A stretch of DNA of 64,000 bases, from the NCBI GenBank assembly GCA_964519305.1, contig CAZFHY010000007.1, forward strand, positions 64,001 to 128,000. The letters run 5' to 3'. Under the pieces are notes generated by a model that saw only the letters and a program-made list of their open reading frames with translations, ran no database searches and had not been told where the DNA came from. This DNA is from Candidatus Undinarchaeota archaeon (GTDB lineage: Archaea > SpSt-1190 > JASMDC01). Below, piece by piece: positions 8,147-19,154 of this stretch. Position 1 is the stretch's first letter; each line of letters opens with the position of its first letter. The translations under genes were made by a program, and so were the position numbers.

Positions 8147-11100
8147 TGATCGTGAGCACTGCTAACGATCCAGTTCGCAAACGAACGTACCGGTGTGCTA
8201 TCATCGGATTGTTGACGCTCATCATCTTGATGAACACAGGGCTCGCAGGTCTAATCCCCCTGAGCGGGCAGTGGTCCGGAGCTGCCAAGGGCATGTGCAA
8301 GACCTGCATCCAGTGCGCTGACATGGAGGGAGAGGAGCAGAAGGCATGCCTTATGGAATGCCTTCGTTCTGGCGTTGGATATCTCCTTGGGCCTCTCTGC
8401 GACGAGGTTTGCGCTTTCGGTGGAAGTGATAGCGGATCCGGCTCTGGAGGCAACTCCTCCATAGGACCGCTGTGCAAGAGCCTGTGCAGCGAGTGCATTC
8501 CCTGCGCGTTCGAGAAGGGGGATGCCGCCAAGAAGTGCGTCATAAGCTGTGTCGGAGAGGCGCTCGTGGGGAACGTACTTTGCAACAACGTGTGCGGTAA
8601 GGCAGCCGAGGAGGATTGGATGCGGAACACCGCACGGTGCGAGAAGACATGCAAGGAGTGCACTATGTGTGCGTTCGAAGGATCGAGCGAGGAGCGGGAG
8701 AAGTGCGCTCTCGATTGCGTTATCAGGAACCTCGTGCTCGGTCCGCTCTGTGACAAGTCGTGCGCCAATGCCGACGATAAGGATGAGTGTGTCGAGACTT
8801 GCTTGAAGATCGAGGAGTGCGCGATGTGCATCTTCGAGAGCGATAACGAGGCCAGGAAGCAGTGCGCTCTCATGTGCGTTGCTAACAACTTCGTTTTCGA
8901 CGCGGTGTGCGACAAGACATGTCAAGGTGTCAATTCCACCTTCGGCTACAACAAGACGTCCACCTGCAAGCAGAAGTGCCTGGAGGTCGCGAGAACTTGC
9001 CCTGTATGCGGGATGAAGAACTCACAGGAAGCTCGTGAGACATGCCTCATCCGTGAATGCGTGGGCGCACATATCATCGGACCGCTGTGCAACACCCTGT
9101 TCATGGGCGATATGGTCTCAAAATGCATGGAGTGCGGCGCCTGCGCGGCAGAGCCCGAAGAGAACCGCAAGGCCTGCCTCAAGGACTGCGTGGGGAAGGA
9201 AGGGGAGACCATCGACATCTGCCGCGATGATACCTGCCGTCCAATATGTAACGGCCAGCGTACGGAGGCCTGTAGACAGAAATGTGATCCCAGTGGACTC
9301 GACGATGGATGCGAGGATACCTGCATACAGGCCTGCATGACCGAGTGCGAGGCCCTCTGCCAGCAATGCGGCAGATGCGGGTACGAACCCAACCGAGCAG
9401 CTATCCGTGCCTGCACAACCCTCTATTGCGTGCGTCCGTTCATGATGCGGCCCGTGTGCGAGGATTACTGCTCAGAGAGCGGTACGGGGGGATTGCGCAC
9501 GGAGGACTGCGTCAACGACTGCATCAACTGCGAGGACTGCATCATGGAGGTGGACTGTGTCACACGCAAATCACAGGTCCGCCCCTGCCTTGTCCAGTGC
9601 ATGTTCAGGGATATTTGCGAGGACTCCTGCGAGGAGAACTACAACACCGGAGTGGACACCGAACGGTGTAAGCGTAACTGTCAGCGATGCAAGCACTGTG
9701 CAGGGGACGATCCTGAGGAGACAACCTCGTGCCTCACCGGATGTTTCAATTCCCTGTCGGTGCTGGAGGAGTGCAACGTCACATGCATCAGCTGGGGCCT
9801 CCCCGAGGGCAGCGAGAGCCATACACGGTGTACTACGCTGTGCGCGGCCTGTACCAGATGCGACGTCCTTGAGGAACCGGACAAGGGCGCGTGTCTGAAA
9901 GAGTGCACCATGGCGCAGATGGGGGATTACCACGGCGATGTGTGCGACGGGCTCTGTCAGGACCATACGAACGTAACTCGCTGCCGCCAGAAGTGCATGG
10001 GGTGCACTAGCTGCGTTTTCCAGAGCGGGGGCGTTAACCTCACCACTTGCATCCTACGCCAGTGCGTGGACCCGGGTGTGCTCGCTAATTCAATATGTGG
10101 GGAGGTATGCGCTGGTGAGGACGGGCGAGAGGACTGTATCGATGCATGCGTGAGATGCCCGGGATGCATGGAGGGTGATACACGCAGGAAACGCCTGGAC
10201 TGCTTTACACAGTGCACAGCCGAGCCCATGTTCGCGGTCGAGTGCACGGACATCTGCCAGGACCGTCCAGGGATCGATGGATGCTTCGATACATGTAAGG
10301 GATGTGTGCTCTGCCTCGATGATACCGGACCACGAAGGCGGGGCTGCCTCGAGCGATGCGTCGATCGTGATACGCGACGTGAACGCTGCGACGTGTTCTG
10401 CGCATCGGCCATTGACGCGGGTTCATGCCTGAGCGCTTGCTTGACGTGCGACAAGTGCGATCCTCTTGAGGGCGCTAACCTACAGGAGTGCATACATGAC
10501 TGTACTCAGGTCATCACTGTCCAGATGCAGTGGGATATGTGTGACGATGTGTGCGCAAGCTTCCCCGATCCTGAACGATGTCTTGGTGTATGCAGCGGAT
10601 GTAACCAATGCTTTGGCCAAGAGAACCAGTACGACTGCCTCGGGCAATGCGTGGATGCATCGGACTCGGGACTCGACTTCTCCAACAAGGAGAAGGAGCG
10701 TGAGCTCGAGCTCGAGAAGGAACTGCTCTCAGGGGTTTGCGATCTCATGTTCGGCAACATCTGGGATATGTTCTCCTGCAACATGGTATGTGCTCTCGGC
10801 GGGCCTTGCCCGATAACCGAGATGCGCTATCTTCTCAAGTGCCCTGAGATAGCTCAGGACAACCTCTATGTCTACTACACCGACCTTATCACTTACTTCG
10901 AGAACGTGGCGGCCTTCTACGAGAACATGGAGAAGGCCCTCGACGCGATACTTATGGGTACCGTCGGGCTTTGCGGGATGTGCAACTACATGCTCACTAT
11001 GCTCCAGGTCACGTATACACCCTGTGTATCCGTCTGGAATCCCGGCCCCTATGGTGCCGCTACTCCGTACTGGAACGAGATGATCTGCGACCAGGCCATG

Positions 11101-14100
11101 ATGTCGACCTGCTTCGGGTGGCCCGGGTTCTGCCCACCTACATGGTTACAAGCTCTTGTCAAGTTCGCGGACCGCTGCCCCCTGTGCCAGGTCGCGGACT
11201 GCGTCGGATTCGAGTCCATATGCAAGTGTGGGTACATACCCTGTCCGAAATGGGGCGATTCACAACAGGCGTTCGCCTATCCTAAAGCGATGGACACCTG
11301 CCACGAGGTCGTGCACGAGGCCGATGACGCCTGCACGATGGAAGGATTGTGGTGGCGGAAGGTCGTCGATGATCAGGGAGAACGCAATCCCTGCCATGTC
11401 ATCGGAAAGATACAGGAACTGAAGAACTACGTCCATGTGCTCCGCACCGAGATCATCCCCGACACCATCACCCAGATCCGTGCGCTGAGAGCCAATGCAA
11501 GGCGATGCACGATCCAAGTATCATGCCGGTCGAACATCCGGATCTATCTCGATCTCCTGGAAGTGACCTGGGACCGGGCCAACCATATCGATGGATGGGA
11601 CACCAGGAAGTTCGAGGACGAGACCAACAAGTTCACCCTGGCCATGCAGGACTTCATGGGCGACATCAGCTCCGGTGGCATGGGCATCTCTCTCGGCAAG
11701 GGCGGGAACATAATGGGGAACGTCAGGGGCGGACTCACTGTGACGGCATCGGCCTATCTCGATATCACAGCTGAGGGTAACATGGAGAAGTACATGGTGT
11801 GGGTGCCCAAGTACCAGGACATGCAGTGCGGTGGCGGTGGGAAAGGTGACAAGGGGAAGGACTCGGGCAAGAACGCCGGTCAGGAGGCCGGGGACGGCGC
11901 CAAGAAAGAGGTACCGAAGACCTCGGCCATGGACGTCGTGAAAAGCACGTTCGGCGTGAGCCAGATCCAGGCAATGATCAAATACCAGAAAAAGCTCATC
12001 CAGCAGTCCAAGAACAAGAAGAGCCCAGCCGGTGACTCGAACGGACAGAGCGGATGCACGAGCTCGGGGGGTATGTACTCATCGTGCATCCCGTCATACC
12101 CTACTGACATGTACATGGTGGAGGGCGATAACCTGGGTGAGGACCTTGTGTTCAACTTCCCCCTTTTCCCAAAGTGCGGCGTCCAGGCTTTCGGCACCGC
12201 AATGCCCGGTGACGCCTTCTGGCACTACCATGAATGCCTGCTGTACCGCTCGCACACGCCGGGCATGACCATGGAGGGTCTCTTCGATGAGGAGACTGGC
12301 GGCGATGAGGAGACCTGGGATGAGGAAGAAGAGGTCTGGGGCGAGGAGGAGGAAGAACATGAGGAGGAGGAGATAGACTGCACCGACCTTCCCGATTTCA
12401 CATCATGTTACGACGACGAAGGTATTTGCTGTAATGAGGGTTGCGTTCCAGGAGCTACTGATTGCATCAGCGAGGAGGATACCTGCTCCCAGGAGGAGGA
12501 TGGATCGACATGCATGGACGGTATCGGTCTTTGCTGCACGGGCACGTGCTACCCCAACGCGACTGGATGCGGCACGCCATCGGTCGAGTGTCATGGTGAG
12601 CGCGATAAGAACACATGTAGTACTGGCCTGTGCTGCGACCAGCGGTGCATCCCCAACGCGATCGCTTGTGGTGGGACGACAGCGGACTGCCTCGGTAAGA
12701 ACGATGGTGAGAGTTGTGCCGATGGCAGGGGTATCTGTTGCGAAGAGGGTTGCATCCCAGGCGCTCTCAGCTGTGCCATAAAGGCCGAGTGCAGCAGCGA
12801 TGTCGATGGTGAGGAATGCACCGGAGGTCTCTGCTGTGACGGGTATTGCATACCGGACGCCCGGTCATGTGGTGTGTTCTCCAGCGAGTGCTCGTCGGGA
12901 GGTGACCTCCATCCGTGCATGGCAGATGGGCTCTGTTGTCGCGGCACTTGTATCCTCGGTGCGACCTCATGTGGTAGCAGACCGTGGACACCGCATCCGG
13001 ACGAGCTGTCTGGCGAGTGTAAGAAACGTTGTAATGAGGAGCACTCAAGCCCTCATTACTGCCAACCGATGGCGGGCGTTTGTGCCTGCATGACATCTAA
13101 CGGTCCGCGGGTAATAAAGGACTTGGCGTGTTCGCCTCGTGTGTCACGTGACGTGCTCGAGGGGATGAAACAGTGTTGTGCAATCCTTGGGATAGAAGAG
13201 GTGGATGTTTGCTTCTCGGAGGAGAGCGAGACCGGATACTGCTGTTTTGGTGCCTTTTCCGAGCATCCGATCGATCTTGACTGTGTGAAGGGAGCACCGC
13301 TCGCGTCCGTATCCACCCTGACATGGCGGATAGAGGAACGCACAATCGATGCATTTGAGGTCGACCGTGATGTCAACCTGACCGTCCTTATCCGCAACGA
13401 GGGGAGCGACCTCAGGTCAGGAGAACTGTCATTCGTCGTGAAGTCCATGGGTGAGCGTGTGATCGAACGCACGATAGAAGAGGTATCCGTAGCAGCTGCG
13501 AGCGTCGGGAGGTTCCATGTCCCAGTGGTCCTGGAAGATGGATTGGCAGGATCTGTTCTGGAGGCCAGAGCGGTCCTCACTTACGCGGATAACGTCGAGA
13601 TATCGGACCCGGCCTATCTCTTCGTGCTCCCCAACAATGCAGTGGGTGCGGTCGACGGCTATTTCTTGAGCAATGGTGAGCGCGACATATTCCTATTCCC
13701 CGGAGACAGGGTATCGGGTGAGGTCAAACTCGTATCATCACTTGATGAAGACGTGACCGCAAAGATAGAGCTTTGGTTGACCTCGGACGGATCAATCGTG
13801 GAGGGGACACTGTCAACTGAATACGTGGACCTCGGACCCGGGACGACGGTGAGCCTAGCAACAGAACCTCTCTACCTCGGAGAGGATGATGTGGGGAAGA
13901 TGGCCGGCATACTTGTACATATAGAGGACGATGGTGGGCGCACCCTGCTGCACAAGAATCTAGTCAGTAGCGTACTTCCTGATGCAGAACTCATCGTATT
14001 CCCGCCCTATCTCGATCTTGGGATGATCACTTGGAGCAACGAGAACGGCGACATCGTTGAACGTGCGTTCGAAGGCACGAGAATGAAGGCTGCCGTACAA

Positions 14101-14565
14101 GTCGTTAATCCGATGCCGATAATGTTTAGTGGAGAGGTTATCGTCAGTGTGATTGACAAGGACGGTAACGTCATCGTGACCGGTACGGAGTGGACCGAGC
14201 TCACCGAGGATGAGAGGGCAGTCATAGTCACCGATCAGTTCACAACGAAACTCGCCCAGGTGTACACCAGGGGGGATGATGGCAGTGCTATCACCACAAG
14301 GGAGGATAATCAGTACCAAGTCATCGTCAAGGCCTCCTCTGCGAGGCTGACGTGGCTAGAACTGGAGGACCGTGTTACCATCCTTGAATCACCCGCTCTT
14401 GAGGAGGGTGCTGAGATCGATGTTATCGCCACTAGCGAGTACGAGGATTGCGGTCTTGAAGTAAGGTGTGAGGGATGCACCTCGAACTGCGAGATCGCTA
14501 TCAAGGATTGCATGCCCGTGTTGAACCTGTGCAAGTGCAGGACCTGCAGGCATATCAGTACATGA
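8143..14565 (+). CDS. Giant cysteine-rich secreted protein, paralog 3 (~2140 aa)
   Basis: Likely start is the ATG at 8143, overlapping the previous TGA (ATGA). Signal peptide ends NTGLA/GLIP. Full-length collinear similarity to paralog 2. Confidence 0.92.
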   Translation: MMIVSTANDPVRKRTYRCAIIGLLTLIILMNTGLAGLIPLSGQWSGAAKGMCKTCIQCADMEGEEQKACLMECLRSGVGYLLGPLCDEVCAFGGSDSGSGSGGNSSIGPLCKSLCSECIPCAFEKGDAAKKCVISCVGEALVGNVLCNNVCGKAAEEDWMRNTARCEKTCKECTMCAFEGSSEEREKCALDCVIRNLVLGPLCDKSCANADDKDECVETCLKIEECAMCIFESDNEARKQCALMCVANNFVFDAVCDKTCQGVNSTFGYNKTSTCKQKCLEVARTCPVCGMKNSQEARETCLIRECVGAHIIGPLCNTLFMGDMVSKCMECGACAAEPEENRKACLKDCVGKEGETIDICRDDTCRPICNGQRTEACRQKCDPSGLDDGCEDTCIQACMTECEALCQQCGRCGYEPNRAAIRACTTLYCVRPFMMRPVCEDYCSESGTGGLRTEDCVNDCINCEDCIMEVDCVTRKSQVRPCLVQCMFRDICEDSCEENYNTGVDTERCKRNCQRCKHCAGDDPEETTSCLTGCFNSLSVLEECNVTCISWGLPEGSESHTRCTTLCAACTRCDVLEEPDKGACLKECTMAQMGDYHGDVCDGLCQDHTNVTRCRQKCMGCTSCVFQSGGVNLTTCILRQCVDPGVLANSICGEVCAGEDGREDCIDACVRCPGCMEGDTRRKRLDCFTQCTAEPMFAVECTDICQDRPGIDGCFDTCKGCVLCLDDTGPRRRGCLERCVDRDTRRERCDVFCASAIDAGSCLSACLTCDKCDPLEGANLQECIHDCTQVITVQMQWDMCDDVCASFPDPERCLGVCSGCNQCFGQENQYDCLGQCVDASDSGLDFSNKEKERELELEKELLSGVCDLMFGNIWDMFSCNMVCALGGPCPITEMRYLLKCPEIAQDNLYVYYTDLITYFENVAAFYENMEKALDAILMGTVGLCGMCNYMLTMLQVTYTPCVSVWNPGPYGAATPYWNEMICDQAMMSTCFGWPGFCPPTWLQALVKFADRCPLCQVADCVGFESICKCGYIPCPKWGDSQQAFAYPKAMDTCHEVVHEADDACTMEGLWWRKVVDDQGERNPCHVIGKIQELKNYVHVLRTEIIPDTITQIRALRANARRCTIQVSCRSNIRIYLDLLEVTWDRANHIDGWDTRKFEDETNKFTLAMQDFMGDISSGGMGISLGKGGNIMGNVRGGLTVTASAYLDITAEGNMEKYMVWVPKYQDMQCGGGGKGDKGKDSGKNAGQEAGDGAKKEVPKTSAMDVVKSTFGVSQIQAMIKYQKKLIQQSKNKKSPAGDSNGQSGCTSSGGMYSSCIPSYPTDMYMVEGDNLGEDLVFNFPLFPKCGVQAFGTAMPGDAFWHYHECLLYRSHTPGMTMEGLFDEETGGDEETWDEEEEVWGEEEEEHEEEEIDCTDLPDFTSCYDDEGICCNEGCVPGATDCISEEDTCSQEEDGSTCMDGIGLCCTGTCYPNATGCGTPSVECHGERDKNTCSTGLCCDQRCIPNAIACGGTTADCLGKNDGESCADGRGICCEEGCIPGALSCAIKAECSSDVDGEECTGGLCCDGYCIPDARSCGVFSSECSSGGDLHPCMADGLCCRGTCILGATSCGSRPWTPHPDELSGECKKRCNEEHSSPHYCQPMAGVCACMTSNGPRVIKDLACSPRVSRDVLEGMKQCCAILGIEEVDVCFSEESETGYCCFGAFSEHPIDLDCVKGAPLASVSTLTWRIEERTIDAFEVDRDVNLTVLIRNEGSDLRSGELSFVVKSMGERVIERTIEEVSVAAASVGRFHVPVVLEDGLAGSVLEARAVLTYADNVEISDPAYLFVLPNNAVGAVDGYFLSNGERDIFLFPGDRVSGEVKLVSSLDEDVTAKIELWLTSDGSIVEGTLSTEYVDLGPGTTVSLATEPLYLGEDDVGKMAGILVHIEDDGGRTLLHKNLVSSVLPDAELIVFPPYLDLGMITWSNENGDIVERAFEGTRMKAAVQVVNPMPIMFSGEVIVSVIDKDGNVIVTGTEWTELTEDERAVIVTDQFTTKLAQVYTRGDDGSAITTREDNQYQVIVKASSARLTWLELEDRVTILESPALEEGAEIDVIATSEYEDCGLEVRCEGCTSNCEIAIKDCMPVLNLCKCRTCRHIST

Positions 14566-14572
14566 CGCGCTA

Positions 14573-16360
14573 TTAACATTCCTCACGACGTGAGATAGGA
14601 ACGTAAAGGTCACCAATACGTTCTGTGAGCAATGGCTGGAGTACCACGTCCTTTCGGGTATTGTCCCCTGAGGTGATCTTCACAAGGGAAACGTCCACTT
14701 GGGCCAGATACGTCGGAGCACCCGATGCGTCAAGTGAAGGCCTAGCAACGCGGAGGTAACGCCCGGGCTCTGCTCGTTCGAGGATGTAATATCCGTCCTC
14801 ATCGACTATCGCACGGAGAAGAGGTCCGGGGCCAAGGGGTGCGAAGAGCAGCTCGATGTATTGGTCAACGCTCCCTTTGACATAACCGAGAGGCTCACTG
14901 GACCGCTCCTCTACTCTGTGATCGTTGGTACAGAGAACGGTCGAGTTGAGGTACACACGGCCTACGACCTTACCAAATGGCTCCATCGTAATGGTCTCGG
15001 AAAGTGTGTCCCTGATGTTACGCTCAAGGGTTACACGTGGCAGACCTGTAGGATCCGTGGATCCGATGATGATCGAATGGATGCCGCAAGGTACATCGTT
15101 CGCACGGAGCATACCGTCCGTGTAAGGATAAGAGCAGGCGTCAACGGAAACGGTCCCCGTGCGCGATCCTTCTATAGTGAGCTCGATCGAGCAAGGCCCA
15201 GTACAGGGATCATCGATTGTGGAAGGATGGCCTTGGTCGTCCTGGGCTTCAGTATTCTCGCCCATTAGGAGCGGGCGCATGTAGAACACCAATTCAAGCG
15301 TGTTTGACACATCCGTTCCTGATCCTCCTATCACACGATAGGCTTTATGGACATCTCTCAGAACCAAGCGGAGCGGGAAGTCAATGTTGTAGGATACCGT
15401 ATACCGCCCCATGCACTTATCGCTGGCCACGTCGACGAGGGGCATGGAGGTCGGGACTATGTGTATTATCTTCTTGCTCTCATACCCTTCAATACCTTGG
15501 TTCGCCAGCATAGTGAAGTTGACTGCGAGCACGGTCATGGAATGGTCCCATTCGAGCGATGGATACTCGAGAGCGTCGTTCGCGAGGACTATGGTGCGAG
15601 CTACGGCCAACCGTACGTTATCCCTTACAGGCTCGATGAGCTGGTCCCTTTCACGTAATACGGTCCGAGTGCTGCAAGGAGTTGTGCCCGCCACTAGGCC
15701 CGGTGGTGATGGGATGCGCTCATCGTTGATTATCCCCGTGAGTAATGTCCCTTCCATGGTCCGGTTCCTTTCATAGTCGGTAATGAACGACCGGGCGGTC
15801 TGGAGGAGCAGCCCGAGCCGGAGTGAATAGGTCCGTGTTACTGTGACGGTGTCCTTAGCCACGGTATCGTCAGTGCGTACGCTTGAAGGTATCGTGAGCT
15901 CCACGCTGATATCTTCCACGGCGATCTCAATCTTGACGGAGGGTTCACCGACCTCAATCCGTTCATGGAGCTTATTCGCCGAGAGAGCGTTGCCAATAAG
16001 GACCTCCAGTCTGCGAGCGAGCATCTGCTCCACAACCGAGTCCGTGGGGACGTTGATGACTTTACCCCTGTAGAATAGATAGGGCACTCCGTTCACGCTC
16101 AGCTTAGGTGACATACCTGCGGGGAATCCACCGTGAGCCCCTACTTCGATTATTGCATCTGCAAATGACTCGTCAAGGATCCCCGCTATCATCGCTTGTA
16201 CATCGATGAGCTCGTCCCGCGTCTCCGTGGCCTTCTGGTGCTCCTGACGCACCTGACGTTCGACCTCTCGGGACTGTGAGGTCATGTAGACCATCGTGAT
16301 AATCAGAATGACCGTAGCGGCAAGGGCAATCAGGCTGATCTGAGCGCGATGTGTTCTCAT
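14573..16360 (-). CDS. Membrane-anchored surface protein with class III (pilin-type) signal peptide and C-terminal carboxypeptidase-regulatory-like beta domain
   Basis: MRTHRA/QISLIALAATVILIITMVYM matches [KR][GA]/Q + hydrophobic helix. VGAHGG...VPYLFY motif; C-terminal DEDGYYILERAEPGRY. ATGA overlap with the upstream gene. Confidence 0.75.
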   Translation of the reverse strand: MRTHRAQISLIALAATVILIITMVYMTSQSREVERQVRQEHQKATETRDELIDVQAMIAGILDESFADAIIEVGAHGGFPAGMSPKLSVNGVPYLFYRGKVINVPTDSVVEQMLARRLEVLIGNALSANKLHERIEVGEPSVKIEIAVEDISVELTIPSSVRTDDTVAKDTVTVTRTYSLRLGLLLQTARSFITDYERNRTMEGTLLTGIINDERIPSPPGLVAGTTPCSTRTVLRERDQLIEPVRDNVRLAVARTIVLANDALEYPSLEWDHSMTVLAVNFTMLANQGIEGYESKKIIHIVPTSMPLVDVASDKCMGRYTVSYNIDFPLRLVLRDVHKAYRVIGGSGTDVSNTLELVFYMRPLLMGENTEAQDDQGHPSTIDDPCTGPCSIELTIEGSRTGTVSVDACSYPYTDGMLRANDVPCGIHSIIIGSTDPTGLPRVTLERNIRDTLSETITMEPFGKVVGRVYLNSTVLCTNDHRVEERSSEPLGYVKGSVDQYIELLFAPLGPGPLLRAIVDEDGYYILERAEPGRYLRVARPSLDASGAPTYLAQVDVSLVKITSGDNTRKDVVLQPLLTERIGDLYVPISRREEC

Positions 16361-19140
16361 GGGGCACCACCACGCATGTTCTTCCAGTTGCCGGGATTAC
16401 CTTCGAGCATCAGGGGGACACTATCGCTCAGTTCTCCCCCCGGTGAATCCATGGTCACGGTCAGTTCCAGAGATCGCCCACGTGACGGACCTGGAGGGAG
16501 CCTGATCCGGGTGAGGTGTAGCTTCACGCCTTTTTCAGTGCTCACCGAGTGGGATAAGGCCTTGGTGATATCCGTTCCGTCCAGAGTGACAGTGAAGTCG
16601 TCCTCGCTGATCGTGTCCAAGGAAGAGAGTGTCAGGTGGACCTCTATCGAGAAACCTACCGAAAGGAGGAGATTGAACAGAGGCCTATCAGCGGTCCCCG
16701 GATTGATATGAGATATGTGCATGGCTGCAGGAGCATCGCCCACTACGTCCATGAGCATCCGCGCTGCTCCGTTCCGACCGAATGACCAGACCGAGACCTT
16801 GATGTAGTTCGAGGCCGGTGGTGATGATGACTGGAATGTCGCGATCACGATCCACGTACCCGACTCGTGATCATAGGACGCGCTCGAGAACACCGGTTCC
16901 AGTTTATCGAGGGAGATATCGATGTCATCAGCGCTGAGACCCTCCACAGGATTCCCTGACTTGTCGTTGACCTCGAGCTCAAGTCGGATGGAGACACCCT
17001 GTAACAGGTCCGCAGCGTCGATACGCGACGGGGTGAATCGACGGACCTTGACGGTCAACTCGCGGTCTTCAAGTGGGTAGAGTACTTTAATGGCCCTTCG
17101 TACAGCGGAAATGCGTTCGCGATGATGTATTTCGACCACAGCATCATAGTCTCCAGGGGTTATTCGGCCCTCCACTGGAAGAGAGATGCTCCACATGGTC
17201 CCAGTAACGTCAACGGTGGCGTTCTGGGGCTGGAGGAAACCCACCCGTCCTAATGAGCTGACCTCTCTAGATGAGGAGGAATCAAGAGGCACGTCCTCGA
17301 ATCGAACGATTCCGGTCCAAGTTAAGGTGATGCCGTCAGCGATATCGGAGCTGGAGACTTTATTTGGTGTGAAGATCCGTGTCTCGAACTCGAGCTCGGT
17401 CTCGATGCATCCTTCAAGGGTGCATGTCTGACCGGCGTTGCATGACGAGATCGGGCCTCGTTCATCCATACAAAGACAGTGTCCGGAGCACACTTCACCG
17501 AGCGTGATGCAATCGAACTCCTTGCTCCCTTGACGTGCTTTGCATGAACCGGGGATCTGAACGATGATATAGGGTGACGTGCGTGGTTGTGGTTGGCACC
17601 CGTGCGGATCACAGATATCAGTTGGTCGACAAGCGGCAACTGGCTCACCACTGTTATCGAAGCAGAGGCAGCCGGGGATGGACGTCGAAAGCGCACTACA
17701 GTGCTGTCCCTCTAGAAGGCAAGCGATTGGCTCGCCATCCACCAGGAACGAACCCCTATGGCAGAGGGACTCCATGGGCGAACTGACCACGGGTTCCCAC
17801 TCTTGTACCTCGATAACACGGGATGCCATTCCCGTGAGCCTCCCATGGGAGTAGACGCGCGCCTGAACTATATAGGGCCCCGGAGAAATGGTCTCGTCCA
17901 GACTGATGCTACGCTCACCGCACCCTTCGGTCCGCGTTACAGCGTTCAGCTCATCATCGAGAACGGAGGTCTCGCACGACTCACCCGAGCTCTCGATCTT
18001 GACCACTACGTCATCACCAGGTCGATAGTCCTCGCGGTCAACGACGATCTCTGCATGGTCCGGAGCAAGACCTACAAGATCGACAGGAACGGTCACTGTG
18101 CTCATCGCCCACCAGGTTATCCCTGTGATACGGACCTGATAGCGTCCAGGGACCCATGTGGTGGACGTGCCCAGTGCCATTCTTGAGCAGTCCTCGAACT
18201 CTGAGCGTGCGATTTCACCCGTGTCCGGGGACACCAGAGAGATCTGGCATCGATCGATCTGCTCTTCCGTGGTCACTGAGATTATAATGGGCTCTCCAAG
18301 GCTGAGACCGTCACTCTGTAGGTCGACCTCGAAGGGGAGCTCTTGTTTGTTGATTGTGACAGGAGATGTCCCGAAATCTGCCTTGCCGGTGTCAAGGGAG
18401 AGCATTACGAGCTCGTAGGTACCCGGTGCGGTCCCCTGAGGAACGGATAGAAAGAAGGATTCGCATCCCTGCGAGGATGAGAGGACTATGACGTTGTCAC
18501 CGTCCATAAGGGCCCCGATGCAGAGGATACCGTCAGTAGACGGCAGATTGATTACATCCCCCGAGTCATAATAACCACCAGGGACATCGACCTGAAGTTG
18601 CCTCGTATCCTCGTTCACCACGAACGTGGATCTGATTGGTGTATCGAGCGGCCCCCCGATGATCGTCTCATGAGATGGATAACGTATGATGATCTCACGG
18701 CTGGACGCAAATATCCCGGGGGAGATCGTGAACTGAAGCGGACGATAAGTGAGGGCGAAGGATGTGGATGCCTGGCCGTCAGTGAGCTGGAGGTCCTCGA
18801 CAGTGATTCCCCCTGGGACCACTACAGTGAACACCACTCGTCTTTGGAGAGTGTCAACCAAAGCACCGCACGAAAGCGCATGTGGTAGCGTGGTGCATCG
18901 ACGTTCGAGAGATGACTGCTTAGGCAGTTCTCCGTCGTCCGGGAATGAATATGTAAGGATGGTCGTGATATAGGAAAGGGATGACACGTCCACTTCCTCG
19001 AGAAGTGAAGGTATCGTTGCTGCCGAAGATGGCAGGAGCAGGAGGATGAGGCAGATAAGGAGGACATTGACGAATGGCTTGCGGGGACATGGACTACCTT
19101 TGTACTTCGCTCGCCAGGAAGTACCGCATGTCTTGGTCAT
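16357..19140 (-). CDS. Secreted multi-Ig-like protein with internal Cys-rich module
   Basis: ATG at 19140 preceded by GAGGG. Signal peptide (VNVLLICLILLLLPSSAA), repeated PGxY beta-sandwich motifs, and two copies of a C..GQ/E.CS...C.C.D..G....C...C...GC unit. Confidence 0.8.
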   Translation of the reverse strand: MTKTCGTSWRAKYKGSPCPRKPFVNVLLICLILLLLPSSAATIPSLLEEVDVSSLSYITTILTYSFPDDGELPKQSSLERRCTTLPHALSCGALVDTLQRRVVFTVVVPGGITVEDLQLTDGQASTSFALTYRPLQFTISPGIFASSREIIIRYPSHETIIGGPLDTPIRSTFVVNEDTRQLQVDVPGGYYDSGDVINLPSTDGILCIGALMDGDNVIVLSSSQGCESFFLSVPQGTAPGTYELVMLSLDTGKADFGTSPVTINKQELPFEVDLQSDGLSLGEPIIISVTTEEQIDRCQISLVSPDTGEIARSEFEDCSRMALGTSTTWVPGRYQVRITGITWWAMSTVTVPVDLVGLAPDHAEIVVDREDYRPGDDVVVKIESSGESCETSVLDDELNAVTRTEGCGERSISLDETISPGPYIVQARVYSHGRLTGMASRVIEVQEWEPVVSSPMESLCHRGSFLVDGEPIACLLEGQHCSALSTSIPGCLCFDNSGEPVAACRPTDICDPHGCQPQPRTSPYIIVQIPGSCKARQGSKEFDCITLGEVCSGHCLCMDERGPISSCNAGQTCTLEGCIETELEFETRIFTPNKVSSSDIADGITLTWTGIVRFEDVPLDSSSSREVSSLGRVGFLQPQNATVDVTGTMWSISLPVEGRITPGDYDAVVEIHHRERISAVRRAIKVLYPLEDRELTVKVRRFTPSRIDAADLLQGVSIRLELEVNDKSGNPVEGLSADDIDISLDKLEPVFSSASYDHESGTWIVIATFQSSSPPASNYIKVSVWSFGRNGAARMLMDVVGDAPAAMHISHINPGTADRPLFNLLLSVGFSIEVHLTLSSLDTISEDDFTVTLDGTDITKALSHSVSTEKGVKLHLTRIRLPPGPSRGRSLELTVTMDSPGGELSDSVPLMLEGNPGNWKNMRGGAP

Positions 19141-19154
19141 CGTTGTTCCCTCTG

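Noticed and set aside
4400-12250. DGR template/variable repeat or CRISPR-like repeats in the near-identical DNA blocks between paralogs
   Set aside because: Differences are mostly synonymous and not adenine-specific, there is no reverse transcriptase or cas gene in the window, and there are no regularly spaced direct repeats.
194-14616. Many antisense and alternate-frame ORFs within the giant genes (and throughout the window)
   Set aside because: Shadow ORFs expected from GC-rich, biased codon usage; no motifs or translation signals.
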